Positions 21,078 through 31,532 of a DNA stretch of 64,000 bases are shown here, in pieces. The notes below the pieces were generated by a model. It did no database searches. It had not been told where the DNA came from and saw only the letters and a program-made list of their open reading frames with translations. The translations under genes and the position numbers were made by a program. The first letter of the stretch is position 1. Each line of letters opens with the position of its first letter. The DNA is from a virus (Duplodnaviria > Caudoviricetes): positions 48,181-112,180 of the IMG/VR virus record IMGVR_UViG_3300003962_000006; one strand, written 5' to 3'.

Positions 21078-21594
21078 AAGAACCAAACAAAAACAAGAGC
21101 TTTCTCCTGAAGAAAAAGCAGATTTTATCTACTCCATTGTTGATGAATTTTCTCTTGCTCCGCAGGAAACAGACATCGATGTTGTCCCATCCATCAAGGA
21201 TGATTTAGGCATCGATGCAGCGGCCATCTTTGTCTCCTCGCCAAGAAGCGTTCATTATAAAAAAATCATTATTGATGCTCAAAGGTTTAATAATGATTTT
21301 TATAATGTTATTGAGGATGTCCTTCACGAGCTTGCGCATTTTAACCAAGTTTATCTCTGGGAAAACGGAATTCAAGAGAAACTCAAAATGATAATGCCGT
21401 TTCAACTTCCACAAGAATTGGAAGCCTTGAAAAATAATAGAAACGCTTTCATAAAAGCCTTGGAAGAGTATTCCATCTATGCTATACAGAGGTTCTGGTT
21501 GAAAGCTTATGGATACGAAAAAGCCCCTCATGAAGTTGAAGCAAGACAATTTGCCGCAAAGCATTTCTCTAGGGTTTTGGATGGGTTGGGATAG
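21067..21594 (+). CDS. putative zincin metallopeptidase-like protein
   Basis: HELAH (HExxH) plus 'APHEVEAR'. Confidence 0.6.
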   Translation: MFFERTKQKQELSPEEKADFIYSIVDEFSLAPQETDIDVVPSIKDDLGIDAAAIFVSSPRSVHYKKIIIDAQRFNNDFYNVIEDVLHELAHFNQVYLWENGIQEKLKMIMPFQLPQELEALKNNRNAFIKALEEYSIYAIQRFWLKAYGYEKAPHEVEARQFAAKHFSRVLDGLG

Positions 21595-22142
21595 TAAAAC
21601 TTTTTTCTCAATTTTAATTTATACTCATCCTTGTTCTCCGTCTTATATTTCGCGATACTTTTATTTAAAAAATAAAAATCCATCCCAACTAACTTCACTC
21701 CAAATTGCCTGCTTTCCTGTTTTATCTTTTACGAAAAAGTTTATAACACTTAAATGTATCAAATTATTCAGGATGCTATGAAAACTTTTTTTGGAATTGA
21801 TTATGATTTTGGAATTGATTATGAAGAAGAAATTTATTTCAAAATTTTTCATAATCTATCATTTTATGATAAAGAATTTCTCTGCAATAAATGCTGGTTT
21901 AATGTTTCTTTGAATTCAAGATATTTCAACAAGATTTCAATAGAAGACATCAAGGTTTTTAAATCATTATGAAAATAAGAATAAACGCTTTTCGGTTTTC
22001 TTGTTCTATTTATTTTTTTGTTTTTGATAGGTCTTTATTGTGTGATAAAAACATTGCCAGATTTTACATTGGCGATCTATTCCAAACACCTAAAAAATAC
22101 CTCTTGACAGGCGACATCAAAACCTATAAGATACTTTCATAA
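21581..22142 (+). other. cluster of 3 IKLFKxL-family small ORFs (includes untracked 21969-22142)
   Basis: Ends IKLFRML, IKVFKSL, IKTYKILS; ATGA overlaps. Confidence 0.65.
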
Positions 22143-22156
22143 CGGAGACACAAAAA

Positions 22157-22426
22157 ATGAGCGACATTAAAAATAGCCAAGCAAAGCAAGACAAAATTTT
22201 AGAATTTCTTAAAGCATTTGAGGAAATTGAGGAAAGTATCCGCCCTTTTGCTGAAAGCCGGAAAGACTTGCGAAAATCGTTTATTGAAAACGAATGGCTC
22301 ACCAAAGAAGAGATAAAATCAACAATTCAAGCCTATCGCATCGCTAAAAAGCGGGAGAACATAAATGAATTGAGCGACATTTATGACCTTATCAAAAAAG
22401 AGATTTTGCCTGATGAAGAAGAGTAA
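22157..22426 (+). CDS. small helical protein, possibly dsDNA-binding (T4 DsbA/GapR-like)
   Basis: Charged coiled-coil pattern with good SD; weak resemblance only. Confidence 0.35.
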   Translation: MSDIKNSQAKQDKILEFLKAFEEIEESIRPFAESRKDLRKSFIENEWLTKEEIKSTIQAYRIAKKRENINELSDIYDLIKKEILPDEEE

Positions 22427-22614
22427 AATTCATCTTTCTGGGTCTGGATTTAAATTTGCTATAATTCAATGTGGTTTTATTCTAAATTATTGTAACATTT
22501 ACGAATTCGACCCTCGAGGGATTATAATTTCTTTTATTGTAAAAAAGCCTTTTTATTATGCAACAATTACAAACAAGCGATTGATAGAGTTATTCAAAAT
22601 TTTGTGAGGCAAAA

Positions 22615-22908
22615 ATGAAATTCATTCCAAAAAATAAGTTTTTATTGATAGACTTCTTCGAAGAAGATGTCAAAAAAGAAGAAACCCGCCTTAAATGGGC
22701 TTCGCTCCAACCCGAAAAAAGAAGTGGAATTATGGTCGTCAAACTTCTCGCCGCCGCCGATGATTGCAAAGAGACGATAAGGCTTCTTCCAGAAGGTTCA
22801 AAGATTATGATTTTTTCTCATTTGATTGAGGAAAATGAATTTGAGGGAAACAAAATAATTCTTATTCCAGAAACAGCAATTATCGGCTCTTTTGAGGAGA
22901 CGTTATGA
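22615..22908 (+). CDS. groES: co-chaperonin GroES-like
   Basis: 'MKFIPKNKFLLI...ILIPETAIIG' GroES-type termini; GroEL also in window. Confidence 0.6.
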   Translation: MKFIPKNKFLLIDFFEEDVKKEETRLKWASLQPEKRSGIMVVKLLAAADDCKETIRLLPEGSKIMIFSHLIEENEFEGNKIILIPETAIIGSFEETL

Positions 22909-23166
22909 TAGACCCAAAACTTCTTGAAGATTTTGAGAAAAAAGCGAACATTTCAACAGAACTTCGGCAAGAGCTTGAAGAATACATAAATGATTTTATC
23001 AAAAACCCTCAATTTGATGAGTTGTTGGTGACCTTCTTTTACGCATCATTGGTAAATAAGAAAATTATGGCGCTTCAAGATGAAAAACCCCAAATGTTTT
23101 TAAACAACCTTTTTAAGAGCGTTGAAGAGATGCCTTTTGATTTTTTTGGTGTGCAAGAGGATTACG

Positions 23167-23841
23167 ATGAAAAAGAAGACTAAAAAAAATAAGAACAAAG
23201 TTGAATTAATTGGAATTTATGGCGGCGATAAAACACATGCTCTTTCGGCCTGGACAAGCACCTCTCGGGAATTGACCGAAGAGAAGAAAGGGCGTATGGG
23301 CGGCCTTCTTCAAATGCTCGCGGAAAACGGGCACGGAACGCCGTTTGAGAAGTCATCAATCCACTTCTTGTTAACAACCGACATCGCAAGCCACATTCAC
23401 ATTTTAAAGCATCGCGCTGGTGTTTCTACTAATGGCGAATCCGCTAGGTATAAAGAGTTAAAAGATGATAAGTTCTATGTTCCGCAAGATTGGCCGGAGG
23501 ATGAACAAGAGAGATACATAAATCACCTTGAAAGTTCCCTGAAACAATACCACGAAACCATGGAGCGACTTGTTAAAGCCGGAATGCCCCGAAAACGAGC
23601 CAAGGAGAGCGCCCGGTTTTATCTTCCATACGGAATTCAATTGACCGCCGACGTTATGTTTAATTTCAGGAGCTTTTATCACTTTCTAACGCTTCGCTAT
23701 TCCGAGCATGCGCAGGTTGAAATACGAGAAATCGCAAGGCAAATGCTTATTCTTGTTAATGATTGCGGAAAGTTTCCTTTGACGATGAAAGCATTTGGAT
23801 TGGTTGATGAAAACGGGAAAATAAGAGAACCCTTTGTATGA
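23167..23841 (+). CDS. thyX: flavin-dependent thymidylate synthase
   Basis: 'GHGTPFE', 'KHRAGVSTNGESARY', 'ESARFYLP', 'HAQVEIR'. Confidence 0.92.
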   Translation: MKKKTKKNKNKVELIGIYGGDKTHALSAWTSTSRELTEEKKGRMGGLLQMLAENGHGTPFEKSSIHFLLTTDIASHIHILKHRAGVSTNGESARYKELKDDKFYVPQDWPEDEQERYINHLESSLKQYHETMERLVKAGMPRKRAKESARFYLPYGIQLTADVMFNFRSFYHFLTLRYSEHAQVEIREIARQMLILVNDCGKFPLTMKAFGLVDENGKIREPFV

Positions 23842-24558
23842 TGACAATTAAATCTTTCTATGAAAGAGATTATTTTATAAACTCAAATGTTTCTTATTAT
23901 CCAATTTATTTAAATGTTTCTTATTATCCAATTTATTTTTTAGAAATTTTTATGTTTAAAACGCGCTCATTAGCGGATTGTATTCGTATTTTTTCAAATA
24001 GAAAAGAAAGATGCGGTTATGCCGCTCTGCCAATTCAGCATTATCATAAAAAACAAACATTTAAGGAGTTCGTATGTCTTCGGTGAAAAGTTATGATTTG
24101 TATTCGTTTGGCTTGGAAGAAATTCTTATTTCTATGATAAGGGAGTACCAACCAAAAATTGTTGATTTAAAGAGAATGCTTCCCTACATCAAAGAACAAA
24201 ACCTTAACGAAGGAATTTATGCTCTTTTGGAACAACAAAAAATCTCATTTAACGATAAAGATGAATTAATTTTAAAAAACTAATTATCTTGTTGATGGAG
24301 GGATTTTTTGATGTTTAAAGTCTTCTTGGAAAAAAACAAAAAAATTTTTGTTATTGCTTGTCTTTCTTTTTTAACGCTGATAGGGTTTACAAAAATAATT
24401 TCCGCATCCTCGCAAGCAAACGAAAAAGCAGAAGAAATAACACAACTATACAGAACCTGCCAAAATTTTTGTCAAAATCAAGGAAATACAAAGTATAAAA
24501 TTTCAAATAACGAATGTCTTTGCTATTCCGTCTCTATTTCCAATAAAAAGAAACTTTA

Positions 24559-25377
24559 ATGTTCTATAATCACTCTTTAAGATTTTTTAAACATAAAGAG
24601 GTCGTTATTGGAAACTCTTTAAATGCTTTAACTTTTGCTTTTCAAAACAAATTTCCTGTCTTTTTCATTAAAAATGATAAACCTTTAATAAAAAATGTAG
24701 AAAAATGGAATGAACTTGTCTTGAAATGTTCAACCGAAGGGTTAATGGTTTTCCAGGAGAATGAGATAAAACAAATTGACTTCTTTGATAAATCCTTCCA
24801 AGGTTTAATGAATGATGGTTCTTTTTTTGATGTTGTTTTTCAAAAATGCTATGTCTTTAACCCTGAATTAACAAACCTTTTTTACGATTTAAAACGCTCC
24901 TCCATCATCTTCATTGTTGATGACTTTAAAATAACCAAAGAGCATCATTTCTTTGAAAATGAAATTCCGGTGAAAAAAAGAAAATTATGTTCCTTGGTTT
25001 TGTTTTATAACGATTGTTTTAGAACAAACAAGATAAAACATAACAAGGTCATAGCCATTTCTTTAACAAAAATTAAAGACATCGGCAATTTTGATTACGC
25101 CGAGCGGTCCGTTGCTCACGCTCTTGGTGATGTTCTTCTTCAAAACGGCTATCCGGGCTCAAAAAATGGGTTCCTAAACGGGGAGAGGAGATACAAAAGA
25201 TACAACTTTCAGCATCTGGAAAGAACTTTTATTCAAAACCAAAAATACAACTTGCGAATAAAGCACAAAGGCGTCATTATTCCGGAGAAGGCGATTGTTG
25301 AAAGAATACTTAATAAAGAAGATTTAATTCTTCAAGGAGCATTTTTCAACTTTGACGAAGAAGATTTTGAGTTATAA
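24559..25377 (+). CDS. hypothetical protein
   Basis: 272-aa ORF; N-terminal 'VVIGNSLNAL' weakly Rossmann-like. Confidence 0.5.
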   Translation: MFYNHSLRFFKHKEVVIGNSLNALTFAFQNKFPVFFIKNDKPLIKNVEKWNELVLKCSTEGLMVFQENEIKQIDFFDKSFQGLMNDGSFFDVVFQKCYVFNPELTNLFYDLKRSSIIFIVDDFKITKEHHFFENEIPVKKRKLCSLVLFYNDCFRTNKIKHNKVIAISLTKIKDIGNFDYAERSVAHALGDVLLQNGYPGSKNGFLNGERRYKRYNFQHLERTFIQNQKYNLRIKHKGVIIPEKAIVERILNKEDLILQGAFFNFDEEDFEL

Positions 25378-25622
25378 AAACGACTTGGGCGAGGAGTTCT
25401 TCGTGGAAGAAAGAGTTAAAACATACGAAAAGGATTATTTTATGTCCATTAAAAAATCAAATGCTATTAATAAATTGTGCGACATCTTTGAAAGCCTTGA
25501 GAAAATTCAAGACAAGGTTCATAAAAAAGAAAAATTAAGCAATCTTGATTTTCCATCTTTGGAAGAAAAAATACAAGATTTAGAGATTGCTATTCGCGAT
25601 TACGAAGCGTATAATCGTGAGC

Positions 25623-26259
25623 ATGATTAAGTGTTTTTTCATCCCTGGGTTGGGAAAAAAGCCCGCGTTTTTCTATAAAATTTTTCGCTTTAATTTAAAT
25701 AAATTCTATGTAAACGAAATTACAAATGAGTTTTTTAACCAGATTTGTTTTTATAGCAATGTGAGGCAATTCAGGGGAATAAATTATTTTATTTATCAAG
25801 ATTTTGTTCCTGATGATGCGATTGATGTTGATGTTCCTTTTAAAACCATAAAGGTTTTTAAGTTATGCTGATTGAACATGATTTGTTTTTGTATTCCTAC
25901 ATCTCCACAAGACATTCTTTTTCTTCAAGAACATTTAGCATACCATACATCGACCTTGAAGAAACTTTTTTAAATTTTGTTAAGAATAGATTTTTTTGCA
26001 GCGCCGGTTTAATTTCGCAAAAAACAATTAGAATGTTTAAAACACTATGAAAACAAGATTGTCAATAATGAAGCCGGCGGAAACTTCTATTTTCAAAAAT
26101 TTCTATGTAAGGTTTAACACATTACATTTCCAGGTTAAAAATACGAGAATTAACTCGTCTATTATGATTGGAGAGCTTGAAAAATTTGCAGGCTGGAATA
26201 AGTATAAACTTTTCAATCTCAATCTTTACAAAATTTATTTAATACTGAAAGAAGAATAA
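25623..26259 (+). other. cluster of 3 IKLFKxL-family small ORFs
   Basis: Ends IKVFKLC, IRMFKTL, YKIYLILKEE. Confidence 0.65.
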
Positions 26260-26261
26260 AA

Positions 26262-27776
26262 ATGACAGACAGAAAAACAAGCAAACTTAACTTTATAGGA
26301 TTGCACGCACACTCGGGATTCAGTGTTTACGATGGACTTGGAATGCCCGCGGAGCACATGAATTTTGCGCATTATAACGGAATGGATGCGCTCGCTCTAA
26401 CCGACCACGGGCACATGAATGGGTTTGCTTACCAACTGCTTCATTCCAAAGAGATGAAGAAAAAAGGCAAATCCTTTAAGCCAATTTTCGGCAACGAGAT
26501 GTATTTTATCGAGTCTTTCAAGGACTGGACGAAAATTTATCAAGAAGATAAATTAAACGCAAAAAATAAAGTTGATGATGAAATCGGCCTTGTCGCAGAA
26601 AATGAACAAGAAACGAAGAGTTTAACAAAATCTCAAATCAATAAGCGAAGCCATTTGGTTGTTCTTGCGCAAAATCAAGAAGGTTTAACAAACCTTTTTC
26701 ATTTGACCTCCAAATCTTACAATAAAGAGAATTTCTATCGCTTTCCGCGAGTTGATTTCGAACTTCTTCGGGAGCACAACAAGGGGTTGATTATTTCAAA
26801 CGCTTGCCTTGGAGGAACCCTCGCAAAAGCCTATTGGGAGAACCGCGAAAAAGGCGAGTCATTTGTTCTCGACGAGATGAGAAGAATTATCCAGAGGTTT
26901 GGCGACATCTTTGATGACCGCTTCTATGGTGAAATTCAATTTAATTCCGCTCCGGAGCAGCACGATGTAAATCAATACATTCTTCAATTATCCCGTGAAA
27001 TGGGATTTAAGGTCATCGCCACGGCGGATAGTCACTATCCAAACCCAGACCTTTGGAAAAGCCGGGAATTATACAAAAGATTAAACCCTAAATTTGTGAA
27101 AAGTGAAGAAAAATTGCCTGGCTCTGTTGATGAAATCGGGTATGAATTATACCCCAAAAATGGCGATGAAATGTTTGAAGCCTTTAAGAAATACTCCCAA
27201 CTTTGCGGAGAAGAGTACAACTCAAAAGAGATAATTTCAGCTATAGAAGAGACACACCGAATTGCTTTTGAGAGAATTGAGGATTTCTCTCCTGATAGTT
27301 CAATTAAACTTCCGTCTTTCATTATTCCTCCTGGAGAAGACCCTGATGAAATCTTGCGGAAAAAAGCATTTGAGGGTTTAAAGAGGTTAGGATTGGATAA
27401 GAACCCGGATTATGTTTCCAGATTAGAAAACGAGATTGATGTCGTCTCCTCGCAGAAATTTTCAAAATACTTCTTAACGATGGAAAAGATTATTGAAATT
27501 GCGAAAGAAGACCAACTTATCGGGCCTGCGCGAGGATGTTTTGTTGGGGATACAAAAGTTAAGACATCATCCGGCCCGAAACCCATTCAGGACCTTTCCA
27601 AAGAGGATGTCGTTTTTGATAAAGAAGGAAAAGAACAAAAAGTTCTTGGGGTGATGAATTATGATGTTGAAGAAGAAATCATAAAACTTGACTTTCTTGA
27701 TGGAACCTCGGTAGAGTGTACCAAAGACCATAAGTTTCTCTCCGGAGATAAGATGGTAAAAGCGGAGGATTTGTGA
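26262..27776 (+). CDS. dnaE: DNA polymerase III alpha fragment 1 (PHP domain) + split-intein N-part 1 (27537-27773)
   Basis: 'LHAHS..S.YDG', 'ALTDHG', 'TADSHY'; GPARG|CFVGDT...CTKDH...KAEDL-stop. Confidence 0.92.
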   Translation: MTDRKTSKLNFIGLHAHSGFSVYDGLGMPAEHMNFAHYNGMDALALTDHGHMNGFAYQLLHSKEMKKKGKSFKPIFGNEMYFIESFKDWTKIYQEDKLNAKNKVDDEIGLVAENEQETKSLTKSQINKRSHLVVLAQNQEGLTNLFHLTSKSYNKENFYRFPRVDFELLREHNKGLIISNACLGGTLAKAYWENREKGESFVLDEMRRIIQRFGDIFDDRFYGEIQFNSAPEQHDVNQYILQLSREMGFKVIATADSHYPNPDLWKSRELYKRLNPKFVKSEEKLPGSVDEIGYELYPKNGDEMFEAFKKYSQLCGEEYNSKEIISAIEETHRIAFERIEDFSPDSSIKLPSFIIPPGEDPDEILRKKAFEGLKRLGLDKNPDYVSRLENEIDVVSSQKFSKYFLTMEKIIEIAKEDQLIGPARGCFVGDTKVKTSSGPKPIQDLSKEDVVFDKEGKEQKVLGVMNYDVEEEIIKLDFLDGTSVECTKDHKFLSGDKMVKAEDL

Positions 27777-28003
27777 AGATTTTAGACCAAATTATTGACC
27801 CAGCAACTTTTATTTATTCTTTAGGTTGTTTTCTTTTTGCAATTTTTCTTTTATTTTTTGGTGTTTGGAAAACAATAAACGAAAAACCTTTGTCAACCCA
27901 AATAGATTGTCTCGAGAGAACCGAACGTCTTATTCGTTATGATAAAGCCACCGCCGAAGACTTAAAATTTTGTTATAATTTAAAGGATAAAAACGATGAA
28001 TAA
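27773..28003 (+). CDS. small membrane protein
   Basis: N-terminal hydrophobic helix. Confidence 0.55.
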   Translation: MKILDQIIDPATFIYSLGCFLFAIFLLFFGVWKTINEKPLSTQIDCLERTERLIRYDKATAEDLKFCYNLKDKNDE

Positions 28004-28301
28004 AAATGTTTTAACCACGATTTTGCTTGTATCTCTTTCTGGTTGTTGGCTCAAATGCGACGACGGTGATTATTCGTGCTTTGACCAATGTTTTGAAGAA
28101 TTAAGAGACGGGGAGTACTGCACAACGCTTTGCGAAAAAGAAGAGGAAGATGCTTCGGTCGAAGATGTCTCTTCTTTGGATGTCGAGGAGTTCGACGCGG
28201 TTTCGCAAGATGCTTATCGGCCTTCGCAATGTGAATTATCTTGCTATTCAAGATGCGAAATGGATACGCTATGCCGCTCAAGATGCGTCGAGGAATGTTA
28301 A
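27996..28301 (+). CDS. Cys-rich putative lipoprotein
   Basis: Lipobox-like 'LSGC'; CxxxC repeats; acidic linker. Confidence 0.55.
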   Translation: MNKNVLTTILLVSLSGCWLKCDDGDYSCFDQCFEELRDGEYCTTLCEKEEEDASVEDVSSLDVEEFDAVSQDAYRPSQCELSCYSRCEMDTLCRSRCVEEC

Positions 28302-28733
28302 ATGATTTGGTTTAATCCTAATGGAGAAATTCTTTGTTTTATAAATTTTCCTTGGTTTATAAATGTTGAAACTCAAGAAAAAGGATTGATTTACAAAAAA
28401 TTTGGTTATGTTTATGATAAACATTTTAATTCTATTTTGAAACTTGAAAAAGATTTTAAAATAGCAAACCAAAGTCGCTTAAAAAAACAAGCCGTTAAAC
28501 AATTTTTAATTGGAACAAAATAAATGTTTGTTTTTTGTGAAAAAGATCGAGATTATTGTTTTATACAATTTCTTATGTTTTGGAATTCAATAAGAATTTA
28601 TCTATCTTATGTCCCCTCGACAATTAATTTTAATCAAATTAGCAATTTAGTATTGAAATCAATTATTAAAAGAAATCCAAAGTTTCTCGAATTAAACAAA
28701 GAAAGAATAAAATTTTATGTCGCAAATCGTTAA
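28302..28733 (+). other. 2 divergent IKLFKxL-family small ORFs between dnaE fragments
   Basis: Size and composition match the family; ends VKQFLIGTK, IKFYVANR. Confidence 0.5.
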
Positions 28734-30390
28734 AAAAACTCTTAAATCCTTTAAAGGAAAAGTTTATGACATTTCAACTCCTTCCGGAAATTTTCAACTA
28801 GAAAACGGGCAGGTTGTTTCCAATTCCGCCGGTGGAAGCCTTCTATCTTATTGCCTTGGAATAACTCAAATTGACCCCTTGAAGTATGATTTATTGTTTG
28901 AGAGATTTTTAACTCGTGGCGCAACATCCTATCCCGACATTGATGTTGATTTTACAGACAACTTCGCATTAAAGCAAAAACTTGCTCAACTTTGGGGCGA
29001 AGAGTCGGTCATCGCAATCTCAAACATAAACACATTAAAATTCAGGTCTCTTATTAAAGATGTTTCCAAGTTCTTTGGTGTTCCTTTTGATGAAGTCAAT
29101 GCTATAACCAAGATAATGCTTGACGAAGCAATTCCGAAAGCCAAAGCAAAGCACCAAATAACGGCCGGTGTTTATGACCCGACCTATGAAGAATTGATTG
29201 AGTTTTCACCAAGTCTTCAACAATTCCTCAAAAAGTATCCAGATGTTGCAGAAAACATAAAAACCCTTCAAGGGCAGATAAAAGCAATTTCAAGACACGC
29301 TTCAGGTGTCCTTGTTTCGGACAATCTCTTTTCCAAGATGCCAGTCATCTCCTCTTCGGGTGTCCGACAGACGCCCTGGGGCGAAGGACAGACCGTAAGG
29401 CATCTGGAGCCTCTTGGGTTCATTAAATTTGACATCCTTGGGCTCACAACCCTTCAAATCATTCGAGGCGCCATAACGCGCGTGCTGCGTTTGGAGATGG
29501 GTCGCGAACCGACGCTTCAAGAGGTTTCCAAATTCTACGATGAGCGATTGCATCCAGATAGAATTGATTTAAAGGACCAAAAGGTTTTTGAGAATGTTTT
29601 TCAGCAAGGAAATTGGGCAGCGACCTTTCAATTTGCTGAAAAAGGTGCGCAAGAATTTTGCATGAAGGTCAAGCCGAAGAGCATCGAAGAAATCACAGCA
29701 ATAACATCAATCTACCGGCCCGGAGCGATGAGTTCGGGGGTGCACCATGACTATGTCTCCGCAAAAGCCAATCCGGAAAACATAAAATACCTTCATCCAA
29801 TTTTGAAAGAGTTGCTTGAAAAAAATTATGGCTTTATTTTGTACCAAGAAGACCTTGCGAACATCGCGCACAAGCTTGGAAAAGACATCTCTCTGGAAGA
29901 GGGCAATTTGTTGAGAAAATTGCTTATCAAAAAGGGCCTCGGCGAGGTTGGCGGAAAGAAGCAGGTTATTCACGATAAGTTTCTTCAAGGTTGCCTGGAA
30001 AAAGGAATTGCCGAAGAGGATGCGGAAGACTTGTGGGAGAAGATGTCGGCATTTTCTACATACTCTTTTAATCGAACTGTTCATTTTGAAGAGATGGTAT
30101 CTACTTATACGAAAGAAGGTAATTTTCTTTGTGATAAAAAAATTATTGACGTAAAATCGGGAGATTTTGTTAGAAGTCGCAACGAAAAAAATAAAAAAGA
30201 TATTTTTACAAAAGTTGTAAAAAATCATTATCACGGAAAACTGCCTCTCGTAAAAATAACATTAAATGATGGAAAGACTATTAAATGCACGATGAATCAC
30301 AAATTTCGAACAACCTGCGGGCAGATGCTCCCATTAAAAACAATAATAGAGAGACAATTATCTATATTTGTGAGTGCGGGAAAGAAGTAA
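28717..30390 (+). CDS. dnaE: DnaE fragment 2: intein C-part 1 (28717-28824) + palm/fingers + intein N-part 2 (30076-30387)
   Basis: VYDIST...VVSN|SAGGS; catalytic 'PDIDVDF', 'KFDILGL'; YSFNR|TVHF...CTMNHKF. Confidence 0.92.
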   Translation: MSQIVKKTLKSFKGKVYDISTPSGNFQLENGQVVSNSAGGSLLSYCLGITQIDPLKYDLLFERFLTRGATSYPDIDVDFTDNFALKQKLAQLWGEESVIAISNINTLKFRSLIKDVSKFFGVPFDEVNAITKIMLDEAIPKAKAKHQITAGVYDPTYEELIEFSPSLQQFLKKYPDVAENIKTLQGQIKAISRHASGVLVSDNLFSKMPVISSSGVRQTPWGEGQTVRHLEPLGFIKFDILGLTTLQIIRGAITRVLRLEMGREPTLQEVSKFYDERLHPDRIDLKDQKVFENVFQQGNWAATFQFAEKGAQEFCMKVKPKSIEEITAITSIYRPGAMSSGVHHDYVSAKANPENIKYLHPILKELLEKNYGFILYQEDLANIAHKLGKDISLEEGNLLRKLLIKKGLGEVGGKKQVIHDKFLQGCLEKGIAEEDAEDLWEKMSAFSTYSFNRTVHFEEMVSTYTKEGNFLCDKKIIDVKSGDFVRSRNEKNKKDIFTKVVKNHYHGKLPLVKITLNDGKTIKCTMNHKFRTTCGQMLPLKTIIERQLSIFVSAGKK

Positions 30391-31532
30391 AATCTAATAC
30401 GTCTCTATACAGACACATATCGATTTGCGATAAAGGTAAATCATTATTATCGCAGTTGAATTTTGATAGGGAAAATAAAAAACTTCAAGAAAAAATTCTT
30501 ATTCATCTTTGCGGATGTGGGAAAAAAATTTTTAGTGAAGGAGAAGGTAGTCGACACAAAAGGCGGTGTTCTTTATTTTTTAAATTATCGAAAAATCTAG
30601 ATTTAGAAAAACAAATAGAAAATAAAAACATTTTGGATAAAAAAATAAAATGCGGTTTATGTAAATTTTATTCTTTTTCTCTTTTAAAGCATATAAAAGA
30701 AGAACACGCTTTATCTAAAGAACAGTATGAAGAGATACACGGACCCACCTTGAGCTAAATATCTTTTGATAAATATTCTTTTCAAAATAAAATAAATTTA
30801 GAAAATTGGGAAGAAAAATTTGAAAATAAAGGCGGAGATTTAAAGTTATTACGGCAAAAGATAGGAAAAAAAGTCAGCCAAACAATAATGAATGACCCGG
30901 CGGAGCGCCGCCGCCGGTCCAAACAACTTGGTATAATAAATGGCTCACCAAAATCGAGAGCGCTTTCGAGTGTGCGGGCTATAGATATTGCAAAAAGACC
31001 CGAAATCATAGAACAACGCTCTACTGTTTTAAAAAAATGGAGAGAAGATAATCCTGAAAAATTTCAAGAAATAGTTCAAAACCTTTCTCGCTCATTTCAT
31101 TCGAAAGGTGAAAAAAAATTGATTGAACTTTTGAAGATAAAGTTTCCATTGTTTTTTATAAAAAACAATTTCTTTTTGAAATCTAAAAATTTCACTCTCA
31201 ATAAAAGCCTTAGAAAGCAAATAGATGCTGTCATAGTTGACAAAAACATACTCATAGAGTATGATGGTGAAATACATTTTCGTCCGAGCCCACGAATCAA
31301 TTTAGATGAAATACGCGCAAAAGACAAAATGTTGAACGAATTTGTTGAAAACTCTAAAAAATATTCATTAATAAGAGTGTCGCACGACACGATTCAGTCT
31401 AAAAAAAATAGAGAAGAAAATGATTTTTTTGATTTTTTTAAGCAAGAAATTGAAAATGCTGTTTTAAACATAAAGCCGGGAGAAATTTATTTTATAGGAA
31501 AAAAATATGACAAGCAATATTTTGAAAATTGA
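30285..31532 (+). pseudogene. free-standing Vsr/DUF559-like homing endonuclease with Zn fingers, broken by one in-frame TAA (30756-30758)
   Basis: ORFs 30285 and 30888 are in the same frame with a single stop between them; 'SKGEKKL...IDAV...LIEYDGEIH'. Confidence 0.7.
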
